DNA from: Botryllus schlosseri
Lineage: Eukaryota
DNA length: 64,000 bases
NCBI GenBank assembly: GCA_051294905.1
Contig: CM119384.1
Coordinates: 4,030,001-4,094,000, forward strand
Reading direction: 5' to 3'
The notes beneath the pieces are model-generated. The model had not been told where the DNA came from, did no database searches, and saw only the letters and a list, made by a program, of their open reading frames with translations. A program made the position numbers and the translations under genes. Below are positions 11,682 to 23,910 of this stretch, in pieces. Every line of letters begins with the position of its first letter. Position 1 is the first letter of the stretch.

Positions 11682-12152
11682 TAGCAGACTTAGACAACTA
11701 GATAATGTCTAATTAGAATCTTCGATTAATTAGATCGAAATGCCTGTAATTTAATTCCAAGGTCATTTGCGATATGTTTCTATGCTCTTTTTTTTAATTC
11801 TAATCTAATTTCTGGTATTCCTGATCATACTACAGAATTGTATACTGCGAAACGAGCCAAGCTTGCCGTGCACACAGACATTTGCTATTCTCATGCTAAT
11901 TAGAATGAACTCTGGTTGATATGAGCTGACCTTCATTCAATGCACAAGTTTTCGCAAATTCAGCGATTCTATTTCTAATCTAATTCGGAAGAAATGTGTA
12001 GCTATAATTCTAATTAAAATCTAATTAGAAACAAACTGCATAGTTACGATTCTAATTCTAGTCTAATTTCGAGAAAATTGGGTAGCTGTAATTCGAAGTG
12101 TAACCTAATTTGAAAAAATGAAAATTTCCTGGTTGTCCGAGTCTGCACACTA
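11682..12152. mobile_element. Second attagaatt-family TIR element (related fragments ~55570-56290 and ~60275-60510)
   Basis: Ends gcagacttagacaactag / ggttgtccgagtctgcac; internal attctcatgctaattagaatg is the reverse complement of sequence at ~9748-9768. Confidence 0.6.
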
Positions 12153-15042
12153 GCCTTTGCCCTTGACATTCGACACCAGTGCGTAATGTGTATGTGTGTG
12201 CATTGCTGTGATGAGCTTATATGATTTCACTCTTCTGCGATTGTCAGCTTCAGAAATAATATCTCGTCAAGTATGTATGTATGTCTGTACGGCTACGTCT
12301 GGTATTAATATAAAAATTGACAATGAACGATAATAACCATTGAAGACGTCAACAAACGAAACAGTAAACATTGATGAGCTCATCGAATATTTCACATTAG
12401 TTGCTAACTGGTTCGGGCCGCCGTTGTCCACAGTGAGTCATGACTTGGCTTGTCAAAAGGCAAATACGCAAAAGGAAGCTGTTTCTAGTCATACCTTCCT
12501 GGTTGGTCTTATATGAAGCTAACTGGCATTATAAGTTTCATGAGGCGCGATCCGGCATTGTGTTTCTATGATCTCTGCCGGTAGTAAAGTCGATGTTATG
12601 TATTAGGAGCTAGCCAGACAGCTCGTTTATAAGACAGAACGCTCGATAAGGAGACACCTTGCTTCTGCAAACGCGCAAACCCACATGCCATTTGTTTGTG
12701 CGAACTGAGAAGAGTATGGTTTTGTATAACCAAGTTTTTCGCGCCAAGAACTGATTTGATAAGCCTCGTACCAGACAAGAGCAAGCCGAACTAGAATATC
12801 AATTGTAAATCACGAATATGTCAAATGCACTCGCAATCCAAGTAATTGAGCTGTCGGATATAAAAAGAAAACGTGCTTATTACACGTTCGTACAGTTTTA
12901 GTGAGCGTAATCCAGAAATGTAGTGTGGTGAGGTGTATGTTTTGCAACCTGAATCTATAGATTCAAGTTTTCCAATTGAGTTTCCCGTTTACAAGCGACA
13001 GACAGCCGCGTTCATCAGATTTTACGACAATAACTGTTAAGAATTATGCAAGCACGAACGTTGGCAATGGGTGTTGCACCGCTCACAGCAAGCAATGAAA
13101 GAACGCAGCCTTATTACAGTTTCTCATCGCGATATAGAATTGAGATACAATGCAAAGACAGGAAGTATTCCGCAGAAAAACGGCTTTGCCAAGTCTACAC
13201 TGTGTTGTCGAGGGGGTTGAGTGAATGGTCTTTGAAATGCACAGAGTTATTGGTGTTGCGATTATCTAAGTCCGGTCTTGAGTGGCACCAATAGAAACTA
13301 ATTTGTAAAGGAGCAATACACCACGCGCCATGCATTACTACCGACTTTGATTTACACTTCGAATGTTGTTTGGCTGTATCATAATAATATTATACGCCAG
13401 TTCTTCTTAACCGGTATTTCACGCATCACTAAGGGCTCCATGAGCTAGTATCATGGGTTCCGTGGAAGTCAGGACACACACTCAATCCCTACATGTGGTT
13501 AGTGATGAAGATGATTTACCAGTAATCTATTAGATGTGTTGTGTAGTTGGATGGGTATTGTGTTTTTCATGACTCTGCGAAAATTTGAGGTTCCACCCAG
13601 GCATGTCCATTAGCCTATGTGTTCTGTGGATTAGTAAGGTTAAGAACCACCGATATACGTAGCAGAAGAAGCTGTAGTCTTGTTTCGAATATCGAGCACA
13701 TGTCAGTGTCAGGTCACACCCTAAGCGAGTAGCGATCATGATGCGCATAATGCGATAAATATATCAAGTAGTTACGAGTACAATACTATATTCATGTTAT
13801 CCCAGTCCCACAGCGACGAATCACGTTTGTATTCATATGAAAATGCCCATTGGAATTTGCAAGAACGCGCTTAGGCTTACGATGAATAGGCCTGCTTCAT
13901 GCAGTATTGGAACCTATCCCGAAACCAGTTTCAAGGAGCTGCGAACAATGAACAATCCGTTTAGCAGTGTAATAATGCGGTACTAACATCTTACAGCCTG
14001 TGCAGTGTGCATCAGTATGTGACAATATGCCAATACGAGCGATATGCGAATTCTTTGTATAGCTACTTGTTGCTACATTGTTGCTAAGTTATCTGGGACA
14101 TCATGTAGGGGCCTATGATTTCTCCGGATATGTATGAGACAAATCTTTATTGACGCCGCAAGAAGTTCGCATTGATCATCGTGTTTTAGTTTCGTGAGTG
14201 TGATCGTAGGCTGGTCTTTATATTTTGCTAAATGCTGGTCATAATCATAATATTTTGAAACATCACGCAGTTCAGAACACTGAGGTTGTAAGATTCACGA
14301 TAGCTGCTCCGTGTACTTAGAGCCTCCGCATACCGGGGGCTCATTTGTGCTCGGTGTCAACCATGTTTCGCAATTGCATTGAGTCGTGATCAGTGACAAA
14401 TGAAATATAGCTAAGCTTAGATATGATATCTAATTTCAGACCAATAGCCTACGATAGTATGCCTGCCGAGTAACTTTGATCTATCCACCACTACTGGACC
14501 CGGAAGCTGTGCAGCACGAAAGTTCCATGGTACGAATTACGATAAATCAACGTGCTTGCAAAGACCGACAGAAAACCATCGTTGAGAGACAGGCTTACAC
14601 TTGGCTTGAAACAATAGTGCATACTGCACATATAGGCTTATACTAGACTTGAAACAATATATTGTACAGTACATAATAGCCTAAAATTCAAAACTCAAGT
14701 TATCGCAAGGTCAATATACAGTACAGCTTGGAAGGAATGTTACCCGTTCGAAAAGAATCGGTGTCGCATTTCACGATAGTCGGCGACGGCATTTTAAAAC
14801 TTAACTACAATATGAAATTGCACTCACCAATCACAATATTATGATCATCAAGAAGCCCGCTAAATCTTGGATTGTGGTTCCACGCTATTTTCACATCACG
14901 TCGGACTCAATTATCAGCTCAATTACCTGCTTCGCTCAAACCTGGCTGTCTGTTGTTTACCGCTACAACCACGTGAATCACCTCTGCGTTCTACTCTAGC
15001 GCTCGCATTTCCAGTTCTGCTTCTCTTCAGCGCAAAGACACC

Positions 15043-15152
15043 ATGAGTTTGAAGATCGATGTTTCGTTCCTTACTCCCGAGGAGGACGCTGTCATATTGG
15101 CCGTCTTGCGGAGAGATGAAGCAATAAGAAAAGTTGAAGAAACGAGAGTCAA
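15043..15152 (+). CDS. Coding exon 1 of Slp/Slac2-family Rab effector: SHD1 helix (MSLKIDVSFLTPEEDAVILAVLRRDEAIRKVEETRV)
   Basis: Matches the DLSFLTEEE..ILxVLxRD..L+..EE.R+ pattern of synaptotagmin-like/exophilin N-termini; ccATG context; donor gtaagc, phase 2. Confidence 0.88.
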
Positions 15153-15364
15153 GTAAGCCATTATTCCGTCATCATAGAGCATGATTTCAATTTCCGAAAG
15201 TGAGTAGGGACTGAACTGGCCACCTGGCCAGTGTCCACTGTCTATAGATAGCCACTAGTAATTGGACTTTTTCACAAATAGCCTGCTCGAGCTAAGTCTA
15301 CTCCGAATTATCACAATTTGAAGGCAGCTAGGGAGGTAATGATGGACGTTTCATCACCCTACGT

Positions 15365-16242
15365 TAGGGTTGCCATACGTCCGGAATTTCCCGGACATAT
15401 CCGGAATTTCACTGTTCAAACTAGCGTCCGGGAGAAATTTCTAAAATATGCCAAATATCCGGAATTTTGAAGACTTGACGTAGGCTCATAACTTTTTCGT
15501 AAAACAATATTTGTTATGGGATATTGATGCTGATGCATGATATTTTTCTTCGCGCTGCGCGTGATTTACTATCACATTTATTGATTTCAATATGGATACT
15601 ACCACCCTCGCAAAAACTGCAATAAAATATAAATAAAAACAACATACATTTACTGGAATAAGCCCAATTGTAATCACAATTATAGGAGAACGGTATATTC
15701 ATAGAGATCGTTAAGGCCGCTTAAATGCTTTATTCAAAGATAGTGGTTCCAAACGGGGGGGGGGGGGGGGTCGTTTGCCTTTATTCTGGGGTTTACGCAT
15801 ATGTTGAAAGTAATCAGCTTCCGAAATAGCCCGTGAGTAAGTCTGGGCAAAGATGCTGACTTCTATTAGTAATCGGCTCGTCAAATTTTGATGTGGGTCA
15901 CGGAACATTTTCAAATTGGAGATTGAGTCGCGACCATAAAAGGTTGGAAACCACTGTATGTTTTATTTATTTATAAAGCTCCGTGGGGCGCACCGGCAAG
16001 TGACATAGATTGCCCTATAGTGTGGGCTCAAAATCGTTGTTTATTTGGGCGGGAGGGGACTGAAAACATGTGATTTCGGTCCCGGTTACATAACACACAG
16101 CCACATACTCCTGAACCGGATCGTGACCACCTCTGGTCTATAAGTAAAGCTTTGATAGTGTGACGTCATGACTTATTTTGAAATCCACTAGTGGGCGCTA
16201 AAGAGTGTCCGGAATTTGGGTTGCTGAAATTTGGTAACCCTA
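15365..16242. mobile_element. hAT-type MITE in intron 1, with an internal Charlie-like fragment (~15740-15957)
   Basis: TIRs tagggttgcca / tggtaacccta; perfect TSD ccctacgt. Confidence 0.88.
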
Positions 16243-16904
16243 CCCTACGTACCAGGATGTTATCATAATTAATTGTACGTACATGCTTAGTGATAAGGTC
16301 ACATGAAGGCGATTATTTGGAACAATTTTTGGAATCACAATTTCTTTGTACGACTGTGGTCGGCATAAATTCCGCTCCACAACAACAACCGCAACAACCG
16401 AATCAATGTCACTGCTCAGTTGCACATCCTATACGGGTCTATTGATTGTAGAATTTGTTGTACTGAGTACTGATTACACATATCTGATTTAATTATAGCA
16501 CCATACCAGCACCATAAAAAGGTAGATTGTTCACAAATATTTGTCATTGTGCCTTTAACTCTTGATACACGATCGATTAAACATAATGCATGGAAAGTCT
16601 TTTTTTAGATTCTAATTTATACTGCAGTGAATGTAGTCCTCAAAGAAATATTTTAGTATCGCCACGGGGCAACATTCAATGATATCTTAGTTGGTTTGAT
16701 AAATAAATTAATGTAATAAGTTTCAGAGGTCGTCAGCAAAGAAGTAATACTTCTACTTGAGTACCAACGATGACTACTTTTACCCCCCTGAATTATGTAA
16801 CCAAGTTCAATCATATTCATTGCTAACTTTCAATAGTAATTTGTCGTTATGAAATATTGACCCCAAATTATATTCGATTTATCAAAATAGCATTACTCTC
16901 ACAG

Positions 16905-17071
16905 ACGACTGCGAAGAAAGTCTGAGGGTGGCAATGAAAAACAAATGCTCCGAACAAGAATATTTACCGGGGAGTGGATCGAACAACTAACTGCTCCAGG
17001 CCGAAGAGTTGTAAAGAGTATAAGTGAAGCACTTCATAAGGTCATCACAGTAAAGACCACCACTGTGACAA
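16905..17071 (+). CDS. Coding exon 2: SHD2 (..RLRRKSEGGNEKQMLRTRIFTGEWIEQL..), no zinc finger
   Basis: Acceptor ctctcacag completes the phase-2 codon AA|A; TGEW matches the SHD2 (S/T)GxW motif; donor gtaaga, phase 1. Confidence 0.85.
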
Positions 17072-17479
17072 GTAAGACAACCACTAGGTTATATTCGCTG
17101 TGACGTAGGCCTATGACCATGATCTTGCTGATTTCCAAATGTATAGGAAATTTTAGTATATCCACAGAACATGCCATAGCAGCTTATTGTTTCGAAATTC
17201 TAGAAATGGATTATTAGGTATACCATGATCTCAAACGCAACTTCTAAACATTGATGACATCACATTATTTAGAATTTATAAATGAGATTTGTTTCTGCGC
17301 CAGGGTCCTGTAGAACTGGTTACACAACATTATTATACTCTAAAGGAGGTTGAATGTGAAGAGTAGCCTACTCAGTATTCATCAATCGATATTTTTGGAT
17401 TGTATGATTAAAGCTGTATTTCCTTATGATTATAACATGATAAGTTATCGATACAAAACTGGAGCATGACTGGTGTGAA

Positions 17480-18390
17480 TGTTATTGGGATGAGTCGAAG
17501 CACGACTTGACTTTGCTTTAGTCAAGAAAATGATTTGTCTTGGATTCGGCTTCGAAGAATGAGAAAATTAAAATACCTCGTGACCCGGAGTTAAATTTTT
17601 GAGTCAATATTCAAGTCATGAAATGTTTTTCTTCGCAAAAGCATTCAGAACGTCTGAGCCGCACTGAGAAGTACCACGCCATTAATACTAAACTGTAATG
17701 TGCTCCATCCCAGTTCCATGTTTACGTTTTCGATCTTGTTAATCTAACAGCGGTATGACAGACAAAATAGCTTCGGGATGCCCTCAACTGCTGGCATATT
17801 GGCCCCAATTGGGATTATAATATCCTTACAGCTAAGTAGGCATATCGTCTGTGTGAATCTAGCTGAGAATGCTAGCAGTTTAATATCTGCGTATCGCGCA
17901 CACGGCTGAATACATCTTGGGTTATGTTCGAAGTTGCAAATACGAGCACCGGCACTGTTAGATAGTTTTGGAAAAATGATCGATTCTGTGCTATTTCAGA
18001 AGTTGGTCAGTGAATTTGAGTCCCCACAGAAAGCCTGCATGGATTTCGAGGATAGGGATGCAGGCGCATAAACCCCAAAGGCATAAATATAGTTGAATCA
18101 TTGGCGATTAAAAAGTACTAAGAATAAAATTTGTTCTATTCTTGACCATTTCGACTAAATTTGATGTGACACTGTGTAGCCTATATGCATATGCGCATCT
18201 GCATCCGCAAAATTAACTCATATAATCTAAACTGAAAATATTTGGTGACTTTAATGTGACGTGGAATCAGAAAATCTGAGATGACTTGACTCCGACCAGT
18301 TTGATGATTTGATTTGCTTAACTTTTAACTCGGGTCAAAATTTGTAATGACTCGGAATGACTTGTGATTCCAAAGCAGTGACTTGATCAT
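17480..18390. repeat. Degenerate gactc/gagtc-rich MITE-like repeat
   Basis: Clusters of gacttgact and gagtc motifs at both ends, as in the 61177 family. Confidence 0.35.
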
Positions 18391-18645
18391 AATAGGCCTA
18401 AACTAATGGATGTCTGCGGTATATCAGAGCCCTTGTCGACATATGTTCATTTTCAATTTCAATGGTTGCAACTATAGTTACAATGACGTAGCTGAGTAGA
18501 GCTAAGAATACTTCAATGAAATTATGAAGTTTGAAGTTGTGTCTTCTCAAATGGACCACTGGATTGCTGTTGTTTTTCTTCCAACGCCATGAAAATCGCT
18601 GACGATAACTGACTCATATACCAACTATACTTGTGAATATTTCAG

Positions 18646-18696
18646 CCACTGAATTAATCGTTAATGATGGCAGAGGAGCCAGGGGCTTCGAGCGAG
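18646..18696 (+). CDS. Phase 1-1 micro-exon (51 nt; TTELIVNDGRGARGFER)
   Basis: tatttcag acceptor, gtgagt donor, open frame. Confidence 0.7.
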
Positions 18697-19104
18697 GTGA
18701 GTGGGAAACTAACTACAGCAGACAAACTTCTCCTTAGTGTGATGCTAACATGTATATTATTTTTCAATACCTCCCGATATCTTTCACCATCCAAAGTGGT
18801 AATTTGATTGGTGCTAATGAATGCGTAACACAATCAGATCTTCTTTGTCATTGAGGATTGCCATAGTGGATTAGTAATCCGTATTATATGTTCACCACCT
18901 TCTACTTTTCAGCACAAAATATCCTGATGAATTCAATAATGGTGCAACAGTTATATTTTTATTACACGACATCCAAACTTACTCTTAAAACGCTTAAACA
19001 AAAGTGACATTCGTTTAATGTCTAAAGACAAACCGGTACTTTATTTCCATAAGTTCACGCCTTTGACTTTGAGAACTGTTGAAGTAAAGGAATAGTCGGA
19101 CGTT

Positions 19105-19390
19105 ATTTATTTTTGTCCATGGCGTTCTTGCGGCAAATACTCCGACTCATAATATACATACACACGATCTGTGTATATGCATCAGGGATTTGCATACCAC
19201 GAGTGCATGATGTACATATGCAGCTGGAGATGGGTGTAGAGACAGCCTTGCAAAGCTCTCTAAGATCAACCCTCCATGGTGTCCCGGAAATGCAGAGAGC
19301 AAAGCGGGGAAGCCACGGATACCAGTTTTAATGACCAAGTCTTTAGTTTGACCCGACCGCGGAATGAACCCACAACTCACCGATCAATGG
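19105..19390 (-). mobile_element. tRNA-derived SINE remnant
   Basis: B-box-like gggttcattcc, then a core shared with 52860-53110; A-rich tail. Confidence 0.55.
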
Positions 19391-19626
19391 AAGTGATCCC
19401 CAAACATTAAGATTCGATTAAATGAGGATGATCTACTAAGTAGATTCTACTTGAATACTCGAAGTACTAGCACAAACCTCTTCTGAATGCTACAATAAAG
19501 ATTAAACCCTCAATGGATAGTGGCAAATTTACCATCTCAAGGGTAAATGTTGATACTAATGGAAGCGTAACAGACAGTAGCCAAAATTGAAATCCCATGT
19601 GCTGATGCTGAATTTTTATGCACCAG

Positions 19627-19677
19627 AGCTCGAAACGGAATCTCGTGGTTTGGATTTTCGGCATCATTATCACACCG
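19627..19677 (+). CDS. Phase 1-1 micro-exon (51 nt; ELETESRGLDFRHHYHT)
   Basis: gcaccag acceptor, gtaagt donor, open frame. Confidence 0.7.
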
Positions 19678-19743
19678 GTAAGTTGGTAGTAATGCGCTGT
19701 GATTTTACCGTAAATATTTCTGAAAAATATTGTCTCTATATAG

Positions 19744-19803
19744 AAACTACTTCGCACACAGTGACTGGGGAAGATGATCATATAACGCATAATGTTACCG
19801 ATA
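19744..19803 (+). CDS. Phase 1-1 micro-exon (60 nt; ETTSHTVTGEDDHITHNVTD)
   Basis: tctctatatag acceptor, gtaagt donor, 66-nt upstream intron. Confidence 0.7.
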
Positions 19804-20381
19804 GTAAGTAAGTAGGGACGTAATCAGATGTGGTTCGTAAGAAATATTCGAATATTTGAGTGGATCATCTACGTTTGTCCCACTTTTGCCTTCTTGGTAT
19901 CGAACTATTAACATTATCCACCCTGTACCCGACAAAGTTCATGCAATTTTAAAAATTATCCGGCATGCATTGTATTAACTGGTATTTTCAAGCTTGGAAT
20001 AATTTTAGAACCTTATATTCTGGATCTGCTCCTTATAGAGCACCAGTATTTTTACCTTCAGTTGAGTAACATTTGTAGTGATAATTGTACTTCTAATTGT
20101 TTAGTATTATCAACTAGTTTGACAATGAATCGGTAAATAATATTTGCTTAAATGACGTAGGCCTAATATGTGCAGGCTTGTGTGATATACAACGTACGAA
20201 GTGTGTCGGATGCACTCTCAAAAGTAACTGCATCAATACAATAATCGAATAAATCATAAGTGAAATAAATAAATATGTTTTTGCATGGTAATATGAGTAA
20301 CTCAAATGGAAGCTGTGGTAGATTAGAGAGGACCTTTGCGAGATGTGACACAAATATACTCTCAAGATCTCCTAATCCTAG

Positions 20382-20456
20382 ATAGCTCCATGGTAGTTTC
20401 TGATGAAGGAGGTGAATCACGGGCTCCTAGAAGCCACAGATCTACAGGCAATGGGG
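20382..20456 (+). CDS. Phase 1-1 micro-exon (75 nt; xSSMVVSDEGGESRAPRSHRSTGNG)
   Basis: atcctag acceptor, gtaagt donor, open frame. Confidence 0.7.
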
Positions 20457-20603
20457 GTAAGTACATTATACATTTTGATGACGTGTTAGTATCATGTCAG
20501 CAACAAACTCTTATGCTTGAATTCATAACATATATACTAATTTCAAAATTGATGGACAACAACTAATGTAGTATTAGTGACAACACAATTCCTCTTGGTA
20601 CAG

Positions 20604-20636
20604 AAGACATTGAAGCTCGAGGGGTTTTGATAGATG
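20604..20636 (+). CDS. Phase 1-1 micro-exon (33 nt; EDIEARGVLID)
   Basis: ttcctcttggtacag acceptor, gtaagt donor. Confidence 0.65.
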
Positions 20637-20842
20637 GTAAGTTTGCCAGTATTTTGTTTGCAAAACTGTGCTTGGGCGCCGATTGATATTTGTGGCATAA
20701 TTTAAATATTAATGAATGGAGTTCAATTTTGCGATTGCATTAATTTGTAGTGCGGTGTCTATGACGAGTTAACGGTGTGTGTAATTAATTATGTTCAATT
20801 AAATTTCACGATTAAATGCATTTAAACTACCTTTTGTCTTAG

Positions 20843-20893
20843 CGGAAATGGCGATACACGACGATATAGTATTTGATGCAAACACTATAACAG
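20843..20893 (+). CDS. Phase 1-1 micro-exon (51 nt; AEMAIHDDIVFDANTIT)
   Basis: cttttgtcttag acceptor, gtaatg donor, open frame. Confidence 0.62.
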
Positions 20894-21759
20894 GTAATGG
20901 CGAATTATTCATTGCCTAAGTAATATGGGTGAGCACAACGAATCCGAGTCTAAGATAAATTGGATGTATTAGATTCGTATCGCATTATCAAAATATTTAT
21001 CGCAAGGCAACGCACATTTATGAAACGATATTTCAGCGGTTGACCCGCTGCATCGTCGCAAAGCGCGATGCAGTGATCACGGTCAAGAAGTACAAAATTA
21101 TTTTTATGACGCGTATACGGCACCTTGTGGTCGCCAATACTTTCCAAATGATTCTTGCTGCTATAACGTCATAGTGATTGCTGCTCGGAATACTCGACTC
21201 TACTCAGAAACCAATCAATGAAGAACTCGATTTTCCCAATCCATACTTATTAAAGCATAACCCAGTTATCATAAATTGTAAGTTGAGTCAGTGCTGAAGT
21301 GTCTCACTAATGTTTGTAGGCCTCCACCGGTACTCCATTCCCAAATCCCGTAAGAGTCCAAATTGCGACTCTGACTTCAACACCATGTAATTTCATATAG
21401 CGACTCTCTAAACTATAAATTGAACGACTCAGCAGACTTCCGGCTCATCAGTTTTCAAGGTGGAGATGTGGTTCTTAACCTTTAATGACCTGGGGAACAC
21501 TTACTCTAATCTACAAGCCTTTGGGAACTCCAAATTTTTGCTGAGTCATGAATACAAAAATTGACCACAATACACATCTGACACATTATGATGCACAAAA
21601 TGAACTGTGCATTAACAGAGTGTGAAAGAACAAGACCATTAGAATATGATTTTCACATAAAACGAAAACATTATGAATATTTATTGCATATCAGTACTAC
21701 TCATATTGTTCTCTTTCTGATAATAGTTCCTGATATCTAGAAAAATGCTGTGTTGCTCA

Positions 21760-22255
21760 ACTTGACTCGAGTCATTTTCTCAAAATATGGACATGACTCG
21801 ACTAGACTTGAGTCAATCTGTGTATTGACTCGACTTGTACTCCAGTCATTGCGCATATGACTCGAGACTAGGACGGCCAAGACCGACGTTTCATTGTAAT
21901 TTCGAAGAATAGTAAATTGGTATTTCGTCTATTTTAGTACTGGTATTTGAAAATGCGACCAGAAACTGTTAAAAGTGAGAAAAATCTGTATACTATCAAT
22001 GCGAAACATTCCATATCACCAAGCAGCGCTGTTAAAAATGGGTTTCATAAGACTTCAACTCGAAACTGAACAGTCAACACAATGACTTGGACTCGAGTCA
22101 TAACGCTACGACTAGGACTCGACCCTCTGCTCGACGACTTGCACTTGACTTGACTCGGTGGTGAATTGAAAATATCTCGACTTGACTCGAGTCAAAACTA
22201 TAAAATTGAGATTGACTTATGACTCGGAACCTTTGTGGACTTGGATACAACCCTG
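21760..22255. mobile_element. gactcgagtc-rich hAT-like MITE
   Basis: Ends gacttggatacaaccctg; collinear with 61177-61639. Confidence 0.7.
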
Positions 22256-22523
22256 TTAAGAATAACGTCGTTAGGTTATCGAGTCAGCACCACCATTTTA
22301 TCCTCTCCACGCAATCCCACTGCATGTGCTAACCTTCTAGCAGGGAATCCGTTAGTACCAGTATCACTAGCAAGTCTCTAATCTGGGCTGACCAGGGTTC
22401 AAACGTACGGCTGAGAAGCTGACATTCTAAGTCTATATGCCACTACGCTATATCTTCGGCTGTCACTTCCTTGAATAAACCCAATGTCAGTATCTAGTTT
22501 TAAACCTATGTTTATATGTGCAG

Positions 22524-22571
22524 AGGAGTTGGATATAGTTGAAACTGAAACCGTTAGTAGAATGCCAAAAG
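22524..22571 (+). CDS. Phase 1-1 micro-exon (48 nt; EELDIVETETVSRMPK)
   Basis: atgtgcag acceptor, gtaaga donor, open frame. Confidence 0.68.
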
Positions 22572-22875
22572 GTAAGAACACTCTTAAAGTAATAGAGATA
22601 TATTCTATCGGTTTGAAATCGTCTAAGATCTTTCTCAATATACACGTGACCTTGTGGCCTTTTCTAGCTAAGTAACAGAGTTGAGTGCCGAGTAAACTTA
22701 TGATGCGTCTGTAAAGGTAGGCATTATAACCTATTTCCAAAGTGTATCTTACATCCGATAATGAAATTAATAAATTCAAGCATGAGAGTTTGTTGCTATC
22801 AGTGATTGGCGTATATGCATAACATGAAATTTCCAATTTGCTTTATTGCGCATTAAAAATTGAATTTGATTACAG

Positions 22876-22917
22876 CTACATTTAGTGCTGGTATGCATAA
22901 TCACAGGAGTGGTGATG
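22876..22917 (+). CDS. Phase 1-1 micro-exon (42 nt; ATFSAGMHNHRSGD)
   Basis: tttgattacag acceptor, gtaagt donor, open frame. Confidence 0.62.
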
Positions 22918-23155
22918 GTAAGTCTAATTCAAGTTATCTTGATTATTTAAATCCGTCACCGGCACTCATCTAGAAAAAATGTTATACAAAGTATGATGTA
23001 TATGACTTTGGTCATTGTGAATAGTGCAAATATTTTTTTGATTTTGGACTGCGCGTCAATAATTCTGGCCAATTCAAATAATATTACTGTATCGACCGTT
23101 CTTTTGAATGAATGCGCCGTTCGTTTCATGTCTAAAGACATACTTATTTGTATAG

Positions 23156-23200
23156 ATCATATCCATGCCAATGTTGAATCTCATGGTCGAAAATCAGTGG
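23156..23200 (+). CDS. Phase 1-1 micro-exon (45 nt; DHIHANVESHGRKSV)
   Basis: ttatttgtatag acceptor, gtaaga donor, open frame. Confidence 0.68.
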
Positions 23201-23910
23201 GTAAGACAATCTGGATATGCTCTCGAGGCACTCAATGGGTGGAATAGGTTTTAGGGTAGTGCACATTATGGTGCCCACGCACGCAAGAGTGTGGATATGC
23301 ATGCCATACGTTTTAAGAAGAATTTATATTATACAAGTATTTGAATGTGCAATTGTGCATTGATGATTTGATTTAGTAAATGCAACTTACAGTTATAACT
23401 AAATGGCTAAGCTCGACAAAACCATAGGTATATTTGTAATGTGTTAATGTGTATTGAGTAGGCCTATACTTATGCGTGTGGATCAGGTAAGCACGGTTAG
23501 ATTGCGTTAATTTTTAGTAAGCATCGATCCAAAAACAGTGAAGGATGTGGCATTTTCAAACTTGTTATTAAAAGTTCGCATAATCCTGGGACCAACAACA
23601 TGAAATATCGAGATTCATTCTAAATATGTATAACCCGATCACGATGGGCTCAACTGATTTCCGATTATACTTTTGGAATCATTTTTTTGACTGCATATTT
23701 TATACCATAGGCTTTGTAAGTAGCTACAGAACTTCAATATAGCAACAAACAAATTGTATTGCATACCAGTGTCTACCTTTTTATCTATTCCTAATCTAAA
23801 TAAATGTTGCCTACGACTGCTTGTTTGCGTTTAGTAGCCTGCTGTTTTTTATTTCACGCATCGTCCTTTTCATTTCTCATTACCAAGACGTTAAACTTGT
23901 TCTGACACAG

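Noticed and set aside
15755-15770. Long G homopolymers (also ~61067-61079)
   Set aside because: Simple runs within or next to repeat fragments; no further structure.
20176-20223. Possible tenth phase 1-1 micro-exon (LCDIQRTKCVGCTLK)
   Set aside because: Frame-compatible, but weak donor (gtaact), poor pyrimidine tract and composition unlike the others; not supportable without RNA.
21208-21277. Exon candidate ending at a gtaagt donor
   Set aside because: Phase-0 entry does not fit, and its terminal T would form TAG with the next exon.
23462-23486. Exon candidate ending at a gtaagc donor
   Set aside because: 25 nt, phase-0 entry, weak acceptor; breaks frame.
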